A stretch of 64,000 nt of DNA from the human T2T-CHM13v2.0 reference genome, Homo sapiens: the NCBI RefSeq assembly GCF_009914755.1, contig NC_060931.1; one strand, written 5' to 3'. The notes below the pieces were generated by a model. The model was not told the DNA's origin. It searched no databases and was given only the letters and a program-made list of their open reading frames with translations. Below, piece after piece: positions 1-14,150 of the stretch (position 1 is the stretch's first letter; each line of letters begins with the position of its first letter). A program made the translations under genes and the position numbers.

Positions 1-247
1 AGAATTTCTCTCCTGCTGGTCTGCCCCTGTCGGCACCTGAAGCTATTGGCTCTGTTTTCTGGGCTCATTTCAATTCCCCCTGATGCCAGAGAAAATCCAA
101 TTAGTGAAGAATTTGAAAGAAAGAATTCTAGAGGAAACTCTATCACCCTGAAACCATAGCAGAGTGGGGATGTGATGACTCTTGTGGGGTCATAAATGTC
201 ATGAGTTTCTTCCTAATCTTAAATGGTAATCCAGAAAGTAAGTTTAC

Positions 248-601
248 TGATATTGTTTGGCTGTGTCCCCACCCAAATCTCATCTTGAGTTGTAGCTCCC
301 ATAATCCCCATATGTGGTGGGAGGGAGCTGGTAGGGGGTAATTGAATCATGAGGTTGGGCGTTTCCCATGCTGTTCTTGTGATAGTGAATAAGTCTCACG
401 AGAACTGATGGTTTTACAAAAGGGCAGTTCCCCTGCACATACTCTCTTGTAAGACGTTCCTTTGCTCCTCCTTCACTTTCTGCCATGATTGTAAAGCCTC
501 CCCAGCCACGTGGAACTGCGAGTCAATTAAACCTGTTTTTCTTTATAAATTACTCAGTCTCAGGTATGTCTTTATTAGCAGTGTGAGAACCGACTAATAC
601 A
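248..601 (+). mobile_element. Solo THE1 (ERVL-MaLR) LTR
   Basis: Starts tgatattgtttggctgtgtccccacccaaatctcatcttg and ends gactaataca. It has TG...CA ends and a near-perfect 5-bp TSD tttac/tttat. Confidence 0.92.
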
Positions 602-657
602 TTTATACTCAGACTTTCTTTGATGGAGCCAGCCTCCTTGAAAGCAGTTATTTTTAG

Positions 658-1178
<521 letters not shown>

Positions 1179-1830
1179 CTAACATACTTGAGAGGGTGAG
1201 GGAATGATTGCAGCTTTGCTGAGGGTATCCAAGGCCTGTTCATGGTAGAAGCAAAACAACCTCAACAAACAAAACCAAACAAACCCAACAAAGAATGTGA
1301 ATGTTACTTTCTTAATTTTCTGATTCTGTCCCTATTCCCTGAAGGAAGCCCTTGGACCAGCTGGAGCACCTTTCCTGAAGTCAACTATACCAGACACCAG
1401 AAAATACACGTGACTCCAAGGGAATCTTCAGGCAGACCATCGTCCCCTCCCACTTTATTCCCTTCGACAGTCTGCCCACTGTTTCCTTGTTGTTTTTGGT
1501 TGGTCTGTTTGTTTTGGGTCCCCCCAGCCGCCCCTCCCCTCCCCCACACTCATCTCCTACCTCCCCAGCTCCAGGAAGCTATACACAAACTGGAGCATTT
1601 GGAGCTAACTTGGTGGGATGATGTGGCTTCTGGCAGCTCCCACAATATGACACCAGTGAAAATACAAACCAAATGTTCCTTGTGTTCTAGGGTGTGAAGT
1701 CTTCATCGCCCTTTTCTTTGAGAGCAGAGAGCACAAAAGAACTAGACATTTGGTGGTTTCTGTCCTGGCTCTGCCTTTTAATAGCTGGGTGACATCTCTG
1801 AATCCAATTCTTTATAAAATAATAATTGTA

Positions 1831-2153
<323 letters not shown>

Positions 2154-2319
2154 TTACCCACTTTATACAGGTGGTGTCGGTGTTAAAGTCATTTATTGAG
2201 AGCCTACCATATGCTAGATTGTGTGTATTGAAGTACCTCCTCTACTAAGCCAAGAGCACCTCAAAGGCAAGACCATTTCCTATTCCCATCTGTGACAGGT
2301 AGTAGAATCTGACTGGCTG

Positions 2320-2500
2320 AGCTTGGAGCTGGACTCTGCACCTTGCTAGCTCTGTGTCCCTGGGCAAGTTACTAACTTCTCACCTGGAAAGTGGAGATCA
2401 GGACACCACCTCCCCTCTAGAATTCTTGTGAGACCTAAATAAGATAACACACATAGCACAGGGCTTGCAGGGCACACCATGAATGTTAGCAATTGTTCTG
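2320..2500 (+). mobile_element. MIR fragment
   Basis: ctgtgtccctgggcaagttactaacttct ... gtgagacctaaataagataac resembles the MIR core. Confidence 0.6.
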
Positions 2501-3254
2501 ACTGTATTTATGAGATCAGTGCCTGGCGCACATCTGTTTTTTGAAATACGGTAAACAGTAAATGCTCAACAAATGGTAGTTCTTTTTCATAAGCTTTCTT
2601 TAAATAGTCTTGCAGTTCACATGTGACAGATCATGGTGGTATGTTCCACTGGGACTGATCCCAAGAAATGAAGATGAGGTTTTCTAGAGTTTAACTCTGA
2701 AAGTTCCCTTCAAACATGTTTCTTCATTTGGTAGCTGCACACCGACGGAGGAGTGGGTGACGGAATTTGGACCAACTCATTCAGTGTCTTAGGGTATTAG
2801 TGTGTTCATGTAGTCATTTGCCTCAGCTAAGCCCAACCTCCATGATCTTTAGCCATGCTGAGCTGGAGAGAAAGCAGTACCCGAGAATGTTCATGGAGCT
2901 TGCTGCCTGAACATGGACCCTACACATGCACCTGCTAGGGGAGGAGAGTGATGGTGTGTGTGTATGTGTGTATTGTGGGAAGTGGTGAGGTGGTAATACA
3001 GCTAGGAGAGCAAGATAAAGAACATGATGACTCAGGGGTCCTTTATTTTACGTGGCATTTCCAAAATGTGGCTTCTGATGACACAACTGCCCCACATTCC
3101 CAGCCCGTCTCAGGTATACCTCAGGCTTTCCCTTCTTCCCATTGGCTTTTTCTTTTTTACTTAGAGAGATATTTATTAAGATCGAAATCCACTAAAGAAA
3201 ACACAAAAAGTAGCAAGAAACCACTTTAGTGAGAGGACTTTTTGGGAGAGTGTA

Positions 3255-3686
3255 TGTGATAGTTAATACTGAGTGTCAACTTGATTGGATTGAAGGATAC
3301 AAAGTATTGATCCTGGGTGTGTCTGTGAGGGTGTTGCCAAAAGAGATTAACATTTGAGTCAGTGGGCTGGGGAAGGCAGATCCACCCTTAATCTGGTGGG
3401 CACAATCTAATCAGCTGCCAGCGAATATAAAGCAGGCAGAAAAACGTGAAAAGGAGAGACTGGCCTAGCCTCCCAGCCTACCTCTTTCTCCCGTGCTGGA
3501 TGCTTTCTGCCCTCGAACATCAGACTCCAAGTTCTTCACTTTTGGGACTCAGACTGGCTCTCCTTGCTCAGCAGCTTGCAGACAGCCTATTGTGGGACTT
3601 TGTGATCATCTAAGTTAATACTTAATAAAGTTCCCTTTATATCTATCCTATTAGTTCTGTCCCTCTAGAGAACCCTGACTAACACA
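3255..3686 (+). mobile_element. Solo MLT2A (probably MLT2A1, HERV-L) LTR
   Basis: Runs from tgtgatagttaatactgagtgtcaacttgattggattgaagg to ctagagaaccctgactaacaca, 432 bp. Perfect 5-bp TSD gtgta at 3250-3254 and 3687-3691. Confidence 0.92.
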
Positions 3687-6600
3687 GTGTATGTATGGTT
3701 TTATTTTTTATTGCTTCCAATATTTTCTAGACCTGCTCAATGTGGTGTTGGAGAGCTCAGTTTGGCCCTGGCAAGACACCAATGCAGGCTCTTGGTTCTC
3801 TGGGCTCCTTGTTTTTCTTCTGGGCCCAGGAACCTTTAGTGTTAGTGACATGGAGCTGGTGGGCTTGGCTGTTGGATTTAACTACTCTCTTCATATGTTC
3901 TCTGAAGGACTTTTCAGATATTGAGGTGAATCTTTAACCTTCTAAATTCTTCAGGTAGCTTGGCTGGTCACCAGCCTTGCCTTCCAGAACATGTAAGGCC
4001 TGAATATTTTAGTCTCTGCAGGGGTAGATGGAGTCACAGGAGGAGGAATTGACGAGCTAGCTGGGTTTTCAGGTTTTCAGTGTAAATCCAGGAACATGGG
4101 CCCTGGGGCCAGGCAGTGTTAGAGATGATTTAGTCTAACCTTTTCATTTTACAAACATAGAAGCCGAGCCCAGAGGGGTTAAATGACTTGCTTTTGTTCA
4201 CACTGCTGGGAGCAGCACCACGGCTGGGATGCAGGCCGTTGTGACTTCTGCTTTGAGGTTCTTTCTATTCTCTGCTCACACACCTAGACTTGATGAGGTA
4301 GAAATGAAACTCTGGCTTCTTAATCAATTCATAAGCATTACCTACTCCTCTTACCTTTTTTAAAATGGCATTTGCCTCCTCTTTATTTTGTTCAAGTTTC
4401 TTCTTCTTCTCCTCTTCCATGTAATATGTGTGCATGGAAGCAAAGTATATCATATGCCAAAGAACTTAAGTTAAATATTATCATTTCCCCTGACCACTCA
4501 CTAAAGGCAATCTTCTCTAAATTGTTTTTTGTTTGGTTTTGTTTTTGTTTTTGGAAGTTACTGCTAAACTCAATAACATGCTTCTGTCTTTGTTTCTTTA
4601 TTTGTTAGCTGTTGTAACATCTCTTAAGTCTCTGCCTTGAAAGATGCAGATTCAGCTCAGTTGTCCTGTGCCTCCTCTACCTCTGCCTTCTCTCATTACT
4701 TTATTCCATTATTGCTTTCGCTATTGGCTGTACACTTAAACCTTCCCTTTGTGGCCCATCAACTTTCCATCGTTTTGCGTAAGATGGAGTTCTAAGCTCT
4801 CTTAGGATCCTTTTCTTGCCCTCCTCTCTTCTACATTTCCACCTTTGGCATCTGCATAGTTACTTCCACATTGTTAAGTGATTTTCCTCTGTATTTTGTC
4901 CTGCAACCTCAATGATATCTTCTGTGCTTTTGGTTAACTCTAACAGTGAAAAATGAGTAAATTGCATTCATAATTATGACTATGCAATTCGTGTTTGTTG
5001 CTTGACCAAATCATGTGTTAGGATCCTTCTCTGGGGGACCTGAGGTCGTAACTCAAGGGCCTCTCAAAGAAGAATATTCCTAACGTCAATGTCGAATTGG
5101 TTAACTTTTTAAAAAACTTCATTGGTTGCTTAAAATTGTTTGACCAAGGTTGATAACTCTGTCTGTCTCTCCTAAAAAGGTTTCTGTCAACCTTTCCTCT
5201 TTCTCCTATCTCCCTCCCATCCTTTACTTCACAGTGAAATAGTCAAGTACCACTGAGTTTTCTTAGACTTAGGAGCTGTCAGAATTTAAGGGTCTAGTCT
5301 GTGAGAGGAGCTCAGTCAATGGTGAGATCGAATCTTTGGACCTCCTTTGGACCACCGGAATGAAATCACACGTTCCCTACAATAACAAGAGAAGCTGTTA
5401 TTTTGCAAAATCGATGGATATTGCTAATGAGTTTAAATTTTCTTTGTCTCTATTTATTTTTGGTCTTTTCTTCACAAAGGAGAATGTCAGCATAATAGCT
5501 GCTGTTTGATTGACGAATCCTGTTGTGACTGATAATAATGATTCTGATGCTTTGTGTTGAACCAAAATAATAAAAAGCCCGAGGGTACTTATAATATGCC
5601 TAGCTGAGTTTTGAATCATGGACATCTGAAGGCTTTACATAATATGACACTAGAAACAGCTGGTGAAGGAAAAGCCTGGAAGATCTCAAAAATTATCCCA
5701 GTTCTAAAGCGTGATACCTGCTGTTCTAAACTGCCATTTGGATGCTTGACTCGCATATGATGCAAAATATTGAAATAGATAATTTACCAAGCTTGCAATT
5801 TCTCATGCTGAAGAAAATATGCAATTAGGAAATGCCCAACATAGATTTAGAAAAGAGTCATTGCAACAACTCAAGTGGTTGATGTTAAACCATAATTTTC
5901 CCCAGATAATGGATTGCCACAGGAGCTGAATCCACTTGGCTGGATCCTCCACCTGTCACAAGTTTTCACCCCCTGCTCTCTGTCTGTTTGTGGGTTCTAG
6001 ATGGGAGAAGAGAAACACAGGGTGGCAGGAGATAAGCACTGGCTTTCCAGATTTGTCTTAAGTCTTGGCAAAATTTATACAACGGATTATAACATATATT
6101 CTCTGCAATTCATGTCTTTTTGAAATAGTAATTTTCTTTCTGATGTGATCGGGTGTTTGGAGTGGTTGGTGATGAAGTAGATGCATATCTTTATGGCATT
6201 ATAACCTGGAGGCAGAGGAAGCCCTGAAATGTGGTGAGTATCCACCATTCTAGACCATTTGCAGGTCTAGAAGGAACTCTAGGTCTATAGAGGGGAACCT
6301 GGCTCTTTGTGCCTCAAGTCAAGGTAATTTGGGCAAAACATATTACTGATTTTTCAGTTGCTGTAACAGATGTAAATGATGTAACAAGTATGCCAGCACT
6401 GGCTGTGATCTGGAAAACTTTAAAAGGGTCTGTGCTGTGTGTCTATGGAGTGGGTGTGAGGTGCGCAAAGGGAAGTAGAAGTAAAATTATGATTCAGAGG
6501 GAGGGTCTCTGCTTGGTAATTCTCCTCCTGGAAGAACTCCCCCTTAATTTGTGCATTCATTGCAATAACTTGACTGGAAAGTAACTATTCTATACTAGTG

Positions 6601-6767
6601 GCTGGCATCTAAGATTCCTCAGATCTAAAGTTATCCCAGCTATGTTAGGCTTTCTGCAAGTCTTTCTGTGGTTTGGGCATAAACAAGTAAGGCCCAGGTT
6701 ATTCAGGTATTTTACAATGAATCTGGATTCTAGCCACTTTTCTGGGGTGCCATTCTGTCCCTTTGCC

Positions 6768-6771
<4 letters not shown>

Positions 6772-6804
<33 letters not shown>
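6772..6804. repeat. (TG)n microsatellite
   Basis: About 16 uninterrupted TG units, read directly. Confidence 0.95.
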
Positions 6805-6807
<3 letters not shown>

Positions 6808-7508
6808 TCTATATCTATATGTACTTTTTTTTTCCTGGAAAATTATTCTTGAGTGAAGCTGGTTTGTGAGGTTGTAGCTTACAAATAGCGTGTTTTGAAT
6901 CTGCCTAGAGGTTTCATGGTACATAGTACATGTATGTGTATGTGTGTGCATGTGCAAATACATATGCTGTGGAGGTGGGACAAGGGAACAAAAGGTTGCA
7001 TGTGCACAGAAGTATGGCGGTCCTACAGGAGCATCCCTATGTGGGTACCATTGTCTAGAGAGTGTTGCTAAATTGATCTCTCCATCCTGGGTCCTGGGAA
7101 CTTAAATGTAAAGGTGGGTTGGCTTTATATGCAATTCACTTGCCTTACTTTAAAAGTGATCCCTGAGCTCACATTCTTGAATAAGCTCCATATGGTTTCC
7201 CAAGCAGATACTGCATTTTAAAGTATATTCACATTGAACATATACATATTGACAACAATGGAAGTTGCGGGAAGGTGTCACTCTGCATGGTACTAACTTT
7301 AGCTGCCAGCTCCCTTTACCGAGGGAGAAAGGTCCCTGCCTGGACTCTGCTTTTCCTTCATCATCTATTGGTCTATTTCAGCGCTGCACCAGCCCATCTT
7401 AGACTGGCGATTTCTTTCTATCATGGATGTCAGCGTCACTGCAGAATCTCAGCACTTTGTAGTTAGTCAAAGTTTTGTTTCTCCATATCATGCCTTCATT
7501 GTCACCAG

Positions 7509-7700
7509 CCCTATCTGACTCAAATGGTCTACCTTTATGACAAATATTTTATAATAAACCATTATAAGTTTTCCAATGAGTTTTATAGATTAAAAAAACA
7601 AACCCTATCAGAGTCAAATCATTCTTCTTTCTGACAAATATTTTATAGTAAATCATTACAATTTGCAATGAATTTTATAGACTAAAAAACCCACCCTAGA
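7509..7700. repeat. Diverged ~94-bp tandem duplication (2 copies)
   Basis: ccctatctgactcaaat...tgacaaatattttata...ttttatagattaaaaaa starts at 7509. ccctatcagagtcaaatc...tgacaaatattttata...ttttatagactaaaaaa starts at 7603. Confidence 0.85.
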
Positions 7701-7779
7701 CACATGATTATAAAAATGCCCTAAATGTAATATAACAAAGAAATAAAATAAATGTAATTTTAATAAAATAATGTGTATT

Positions 7780-8212
7780 TGTATCAGTCGGGTTCCTGAC
7801 AGGAAACAGCATGGTAAAAAGCGTTTAACTATAAAGACTTGAATGAAGGTGAGGGTAGGATTAGGGGATCCAGCTGAGGATGAGGAAGGATCCAGGCACT
7901 AGGAACAGCTTGAAGTTGTTACCATCCCTAGACCTGCAGGAGCAGGGGAGGGAATGGTGTTCCTAGAGCCCCATGAGAGCTGGGGCCTAAAGAGGGAAGC
8001 AGCAAGGTGTGGGGCAGGGAAAGGATACTCCAGCCTCTCTCTCTTCTCACCCTCTGGTCTCTTGCCACTGCCTCTTACTGGGAGAAAGCTGGAAACCAGA
8101 GGGAAAAGGCCTGGGGGACTCAGTCCACAGAGCTTAGTCTCTGGCAGAGAGAGCAGGACAGAGAAAGACAGAGAATGGATCAAGGAGGGGTGGGACCAAT
8201 GGGGAAAGCAGT
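7780..8212. mobile_element. Old ERVL/MaLR-like LTR remnant
   Basis: The start tgtatcagtcgggttcctgacaggaaacagcatgg resembles old LTR ends and also resembles 22190-22560. Composition shifts abruptly from the AT-rich flank. Confidence 0.5.
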
Positions 8213-8384
8213 ACAGTGTTTCAGTATGCAAATGCCAGGCTGCCACACTGGAAGACTGAAGGAAGGGAAGATCTCCCATGAACAGAAATTCACAGCTGTG
8301 AATGTGCAGCCCGACATGGGTGCCTTGTGTTGGCAACACTGATTTTCCCAAATGGCGAGTAACTCTCTGGAAGGTTCTAAATTA

Positions 8385-8770
<386 letters not shown>

Positions 8771-9271
8771 CCCACACAGAGACATTTAGTTTATACATAT
8801 AAAATTGACTTATCTTCTCATATGATTTTAAATGTATGTTTCCTCTACATGAATGGCACTTGAGAGTTAAGCAGGTGAGTGCAAGGCACGTGCCTAGCAG
8901 GCGTGTCTTGCTTATGACAAAACACTTGGCATCCCTGATCCTTGCCCACTAAAGGCCCATAACACCCCTCCAATCATGGTAAGAAACAAAATGAAACACC
9001 CCAACAATTTCCCCAAGGCCCTTGAAGCAGGGCCTGCCCTACTATGTGCTGCTGTTCTAGATATATCTGGTATTTAACATCACCGATGAAATTGCTGGAG
9101 GTGCAAGCTGCCCCCAAGGGCATTGCGATGAAACAAAATAAAATCTTTGTAAATGAAAATGCTGCCCTCTTTACTTTGTTGGTGTGTGAGACAGGTTTTG
9201 TAAACCTTTTTGCTGGAAGAGGCTCTGGTCCAAACAAATTCCTAACTGAAAGAGACTCCTCTCCAATTCTT

Positions 9272-9562
9272 TTTTTTTTTTTGAGATGGAGTCTCGCTCT
9301 GTCGCCCAGGCTGGAGTGCAGTGGCATGATCTCGGCTCACTGTAAGCTCCGCCTCCTGGATTCATGCCATTCTCCTGCCTCAGCCTCCTGAGTAGCTGGG
9401 ACTACAGGCACTCGCCACCACACCTGGCTAATTTTTTGTATTTTTAGAAGAGACGGGGCTTCATCGTGTTAGCCAGGATGGTCTCGATCTCCTGACCTCG
9501 TGGTCTGCCTGCCTCGGCCTCCCAAAGTGCTGGGTTTACAGGCATGAGCCACCACGCGCGGC
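9272..9562 (-). mobile_element. Alu (AluY/Sc-like)
   Basis: Poly-T plus an antisense Alu body. TSD ctccaattctt on both sides. Confidence 0.95.
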
Positions 9563-12193
9563 TCCAATTCTTATTCCTGTGTAAGTTTCCTCATAACTTC
9601 TGTTGGAAGTCATTCCTGTCCAACATGCCCTCCTCTTCCAAAGCTGCCACAGTTGTAGGTAAAATGGCCCAGCTGTTCTTCCTGGGGCACCAGATTGGCC
9701 TGAGTGTGGCTCCAGAGGCACCTGTGAGGATAGTGAGGCAGCATCTGACCTTCTGCTGTCTGCCGTCCTATGGCATTCCTCAGGGCATTCCCCCAGGACT
9801 TCTCTTTTCTAGTTTTCCTCCTCATCCATGTTCGCCAGATTGCTTCCTGGTGCCACCTCCTAGCACCTGTGGATACCTCACCTTCTCCTGAGTCTAATGA
9901 CCAGCTTATGTCGTGATAGGTCTGCCCTCGCTCCACCCTCACCTTATTTCCATGATGCTTGGTTGTCAGTGAACGCAGATATTGGAGCTAAGGCCAGTGT
10001 TTGTCCCAGGGCCCCAGATCCAACTGGAGTGAATATTATTTCTATGGGTGCTATTAAGCATATAAAATTTTTTTTCAAAAGGACTGAGTTGAGTTGGTAT
10101 GCCACTGTGAACAGTAACTTCATCACTTGGAAGATCCGACCTACTCTAACGGAATGTGACCCAGGGCTGGTGGGCAGTGGAGAGCAGAGTATACTGGTAC
10201 CCGCTTCCACATGGATGCTGAAGTTGTGATTTTACAGTGGCCTCAGCACACCACCTCATTTGTCCTCAAATGGAGCTTCCCCTGTAATTGTGCGGAGTGG
10301 ATCTGAGCACCTCCCTGACGTGCATGAACACGGTACCTCTACTGACTTCTGTTCTGTTTATCAAATAATGAACAGAGTTTTTTAAAACAGCTTTTGACAA
10401 AAGAAGTAGAAGGGGGCAAAGCCACATGTGAAACCTACTTCAAGTCATCAGTTACACGTTTAATCTTGAGGCATTAAAAATCATTCACTTATCAGTGGGC
10501 ACATGTCAATTCCCAGACACATTTGGAAATGCTTACAGTGTGGAAGCCCCGAGCCGAACTGCAGGAGCTGTGGAGATGGATGGACAGACTGGGATAGCTT
10601 CCTACCTGTTGGAGGAATCAGACAAACAGAGCAGTTCATGATGATTTGGGAGTGGAACAAGGGTGAAGGTGGGAGGCTCAGAAATTTCCTCATGGTAGCA
10701 TTTGAACCAAGCCTTTAAGTAGAACAAGATTTTACTAAACATAGAAGGCAGAAAGGGCACTGCTGACTAGCTATTTGAAGAAAATAGCGACTAGCTATTC
10801 GAACAAAAATGCTGTTTGTAAATTAAATCCTCTAAGTATGTGGTAGACTCTCAGGTAGTGGCAAGAGATTCAGAATCACAGATAGGTATGAGCCTGGCAG
10901 AGGATACAAATCAAAGCTGCAGAGTGGAGCACCTGGACCTTCCGGCTCAGGAGTGAATACTGCGCTTTGGGGCTTTGATGCTTCATGGAGGAATGCGGGG
11001 TTAAAGTAGTGGGGGGTGGGTGAAACACTGCAAAGCCAGTATTTTAGGAAGATCCCCCAGGGGACAGTGTAAAGGAGGAATGAGAGAGGGGAGAAAGCAG
11101 GAAGGAGATTGATAACAGTCTACTGTCCATGGCTCTGGCCAAGAGGGTTGGGTGAGAGGCCTATTTGTGCTTGTGCCCGACACTGGTGGATGTGGGTAGA
11201 GATCTGCATGCATTTCACTCCTTGGTAAGGATGGACAATGGACAGATAACTTCCCTTTCTTTTTTCTTATTGTCTGAGAAGTGTTACTGACCTGATCAAC
11301 TTTTAACCTCAGTCCCCATGAGGCCAGGCCACAGAGGGGACCATCGCATTTTCTCTGTGCTCTCACTGGTACTGGGGAAGATAATGTGTTATAATCTTTT
11401 ACAGTGAAATTATAAATGGACTTTAGATCATGCTTAGGCAGGCTGCTGACTTAATTTTCCTAAGCCATAGCTAGAGTTTACATCCTCCTCTTAAGAGGAA
11501 AAAAATGTTCCCTCTGAAGCATGTACTAAAGAGAAAGGCTGAGAGGATTGATTTTTCCCCCCAAAGAATCCATAAATATTTACATAAGTGCAAGTTACAA
11601 ATCTGTGGCTTTGAGATTATCGAATTTCACTGCTTTTACACTCACAGCATATAAATTTCCAGCAGGCATTTGCTGGTCATGAAGGTTCAGTCTTTGGAGA
11701 CTTGTCCCCTAGTTTATTTCCTTTGCTCTTGGAAAACAAATCTCTCTTGTGCTGTTTCGGATGCTCTCACTCATGGTTACGGACTAGGCATTGAAAGCCA
11801 TGTGACAATGGTCTTTGGCTGGGGTGGGGGGCTTCATTGTGAAGGATTGCCTGCTAATGGGGGTACTACTCCTCCAGCCAAGAGGCTGCTTCTAAAGACC
11901 TTTTTGATAGTGCAATAATTCTCTCCAGAAAGGAGCCTGGATGTTGTTGTAGTTCCAAAGTCTTTGTGAAATTCTTAGGTAAATAAAAAATCCTCTTTAA
12001 AGATCATGTTGCTTTCACTGGGGCAGGTAAGCAGGTCTTCCTTAAATATGGGTGTTGTGTCTGCCATTTTGCATATAGACAGACCTCACTTATTTTATTC
12101 TTGCTCTCTCTTTACAGAATTGTGCCTGGGCACACCCCCTTCTTGTTTGGCAACAGCCAGAACAAGGGTAAAGCTGAGTGAAGCTTTCTCTTA

Positions 12194-12600
12194 TGTCTTA
12201 GTCCATTTTCTGCTGTTAGAATATTACAGATGGGTAATTTATAAAGAAAGATTTAGTTGGTTCATGGTTCTGGAGGCCAAGGAAGCCCAAGAACATGGTG
12301 CTGTTACATTTTGGGGTCATTCCTGCTACTTAGTAATATAGCAGAGGGCATCACATGGCAAAGAAGAGTGAGAGAGAGTGAGAACACTCGAGACAGAGAG
12401 AAAATGGGGCTGAATGTATTCTCTTATTAGGAGCCCACTCCCACGACCACTAACCCACTTCTTGTGATAATACCATTAATTCATTCATGAGGATGAAGCC
12501 CTCATGACCTAATCACTTCTTAAAGGTCCCACCTCTTAATACTGCCACAATGGCATATAATTTCAACATGAATTTTGGAGGGGACATTCAAACCACAGCA
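12194..12600 (-). mobile_element. MST/MLT1A-type MaLR LTR
   Basis: Runs from tgtcttagtccattttctgctg through ctcatgacctaatcacttcttaaagg to ttttggaggggacattcaaaccacagca. Confidence 0.85.
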
Positions 12601-13944
12601 CCCGCGATTATGAATTTTACCATTGCTAGATTTTGGACTGGCCTGTTCATCATAAGGACCTAAATTTATACATGCTGAGAAACAAGTGACTGAAATAAGC
12701 AGAGGGATGAGCTCCTCCCCCATGTTCTGCATGGGGCAGGCAGTTGCTGCTCATTGGTGGATCTGGAGAGTAGCTGACCTGAAAACAGTCTTCATCTTTC
12801 TGCCAAAATAATTTTAACACTTAAAAAAAATTTTTTTGAGAAGGTACTAGATGAGAAGCAAATAAAATGAATTCTAAATTTCTGACAGTGGACAATTCCA
12901 GGGATTGGATTTTATGTTGATGTGCTTGGGTATATTAGAGATACATGCAGAAAAGTTTATGTTTGTAGGAGACTGGCTTTCAGACAGAGAAACAAAGAGA
13001 CCATTTCCATCTTGTCCTGGGAGTCAGTTGGATATGATCTCGTCAGTTGCTAAGGTAGGATTGGGGGTAGGCAGGCTTGGAACTGGGTTTGTCCCTGACT
13101 TAGGACAGAATCTTGGGCCAGCCCTATTGAGAAAAGGTTTAACCTGGAGCCTATGGCGGTAGCTGGTCACAGTCCTGTTGAGAGATTTGCAATGGGAGCC
13201 CAACATGAGGAGGTGGGGTGTACAAACAGGCAGGCATACTAAGACCTCAGGGTGAACAGGAGCTGTCGCCTTAGATTTCTTGTTATTGAACAGGACTCTA
13301 GGCCTGGAAAGGGGACTTGGTGGAGCATGACAGGGCCCTATCCCCCATAAGAGGAAGCTGTGTTCCTACTTAGGTGACTAGAACAGAGGCTCAGAAACGG
13401 GGGGCCAAGACAGAACCCTGGAACAGAAACTGAGAGTTGGTGACAGACTTCGTTTTAGATTTTGGGGAAAGGCCTGAGACTGTGTCTTACTTATTTTATA
13501 TCTTCCAGTGCCTAGCAAGATGCCTGACCATATAGTACTCACTAAGCAAATATGTGTTGAATAAATGAATTGGGAGGGGGATGATGAGAAGATATAAACT
13601 GACTAGGATCTGATAACTTGGTTGTGATTCCAAATGTGGCTTGGTACAATTTCTAAAAAAGATAGGCAGAATTGGGGCCTAGCTTCAGGGATTGCAAATG
13701 TGCATGACATGGGTGTGCTTTGAACATGTCAAAGAGCAATTCAAACTTATGTAAAGTTGGATTTAAGTTTACAGGGACATTTAAGAAAAGGCCTTTTACT
13801 ATTATTTAATTTCAAAAGGCCCTTTACTATTACTGAACATTGAAGTTATGTAATCGCAAATATAGGCAGGCAGGAAAGGGCTGTGTCAAGAGAGGGATCC
13901 CAAAGTTACTGTAGATGCCATGTAGTTTGTTGAAAAAATCACCT

Positions 13945-14150
13945 GAGCTGTGGTTTCAGACAGACCTGGGTTTGAATCCCACTTCCATCACACACTGATT
14001 GTGTGATCTTGGTCAATGACTTTGCCTCTCTGAGCCCAATTTAGTCAGCAGTAAAATATGGATGTGATAGTATTCTTGGAAGAGGTGTCATGGGAATTAA
14101 ATGGATTGACATAAATGCAATACCTAGGTGGCGCCTGAGACACAGTGGGC
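13945..14150 (+). mobile_element. MIR
   Basis: cagacagacctgggtttgaatccc...tgtgtgatcttggtcaatgactttgcctctctgagcc matches the MIR core. Confidence 0.8.

Noticed and set aside
7899-8351. Overlapping 100-150-aa ORFs on both strands
   Set aside because: They lie in a purine-rich LTR-like remnant and have no recognisable domain or splice structure.
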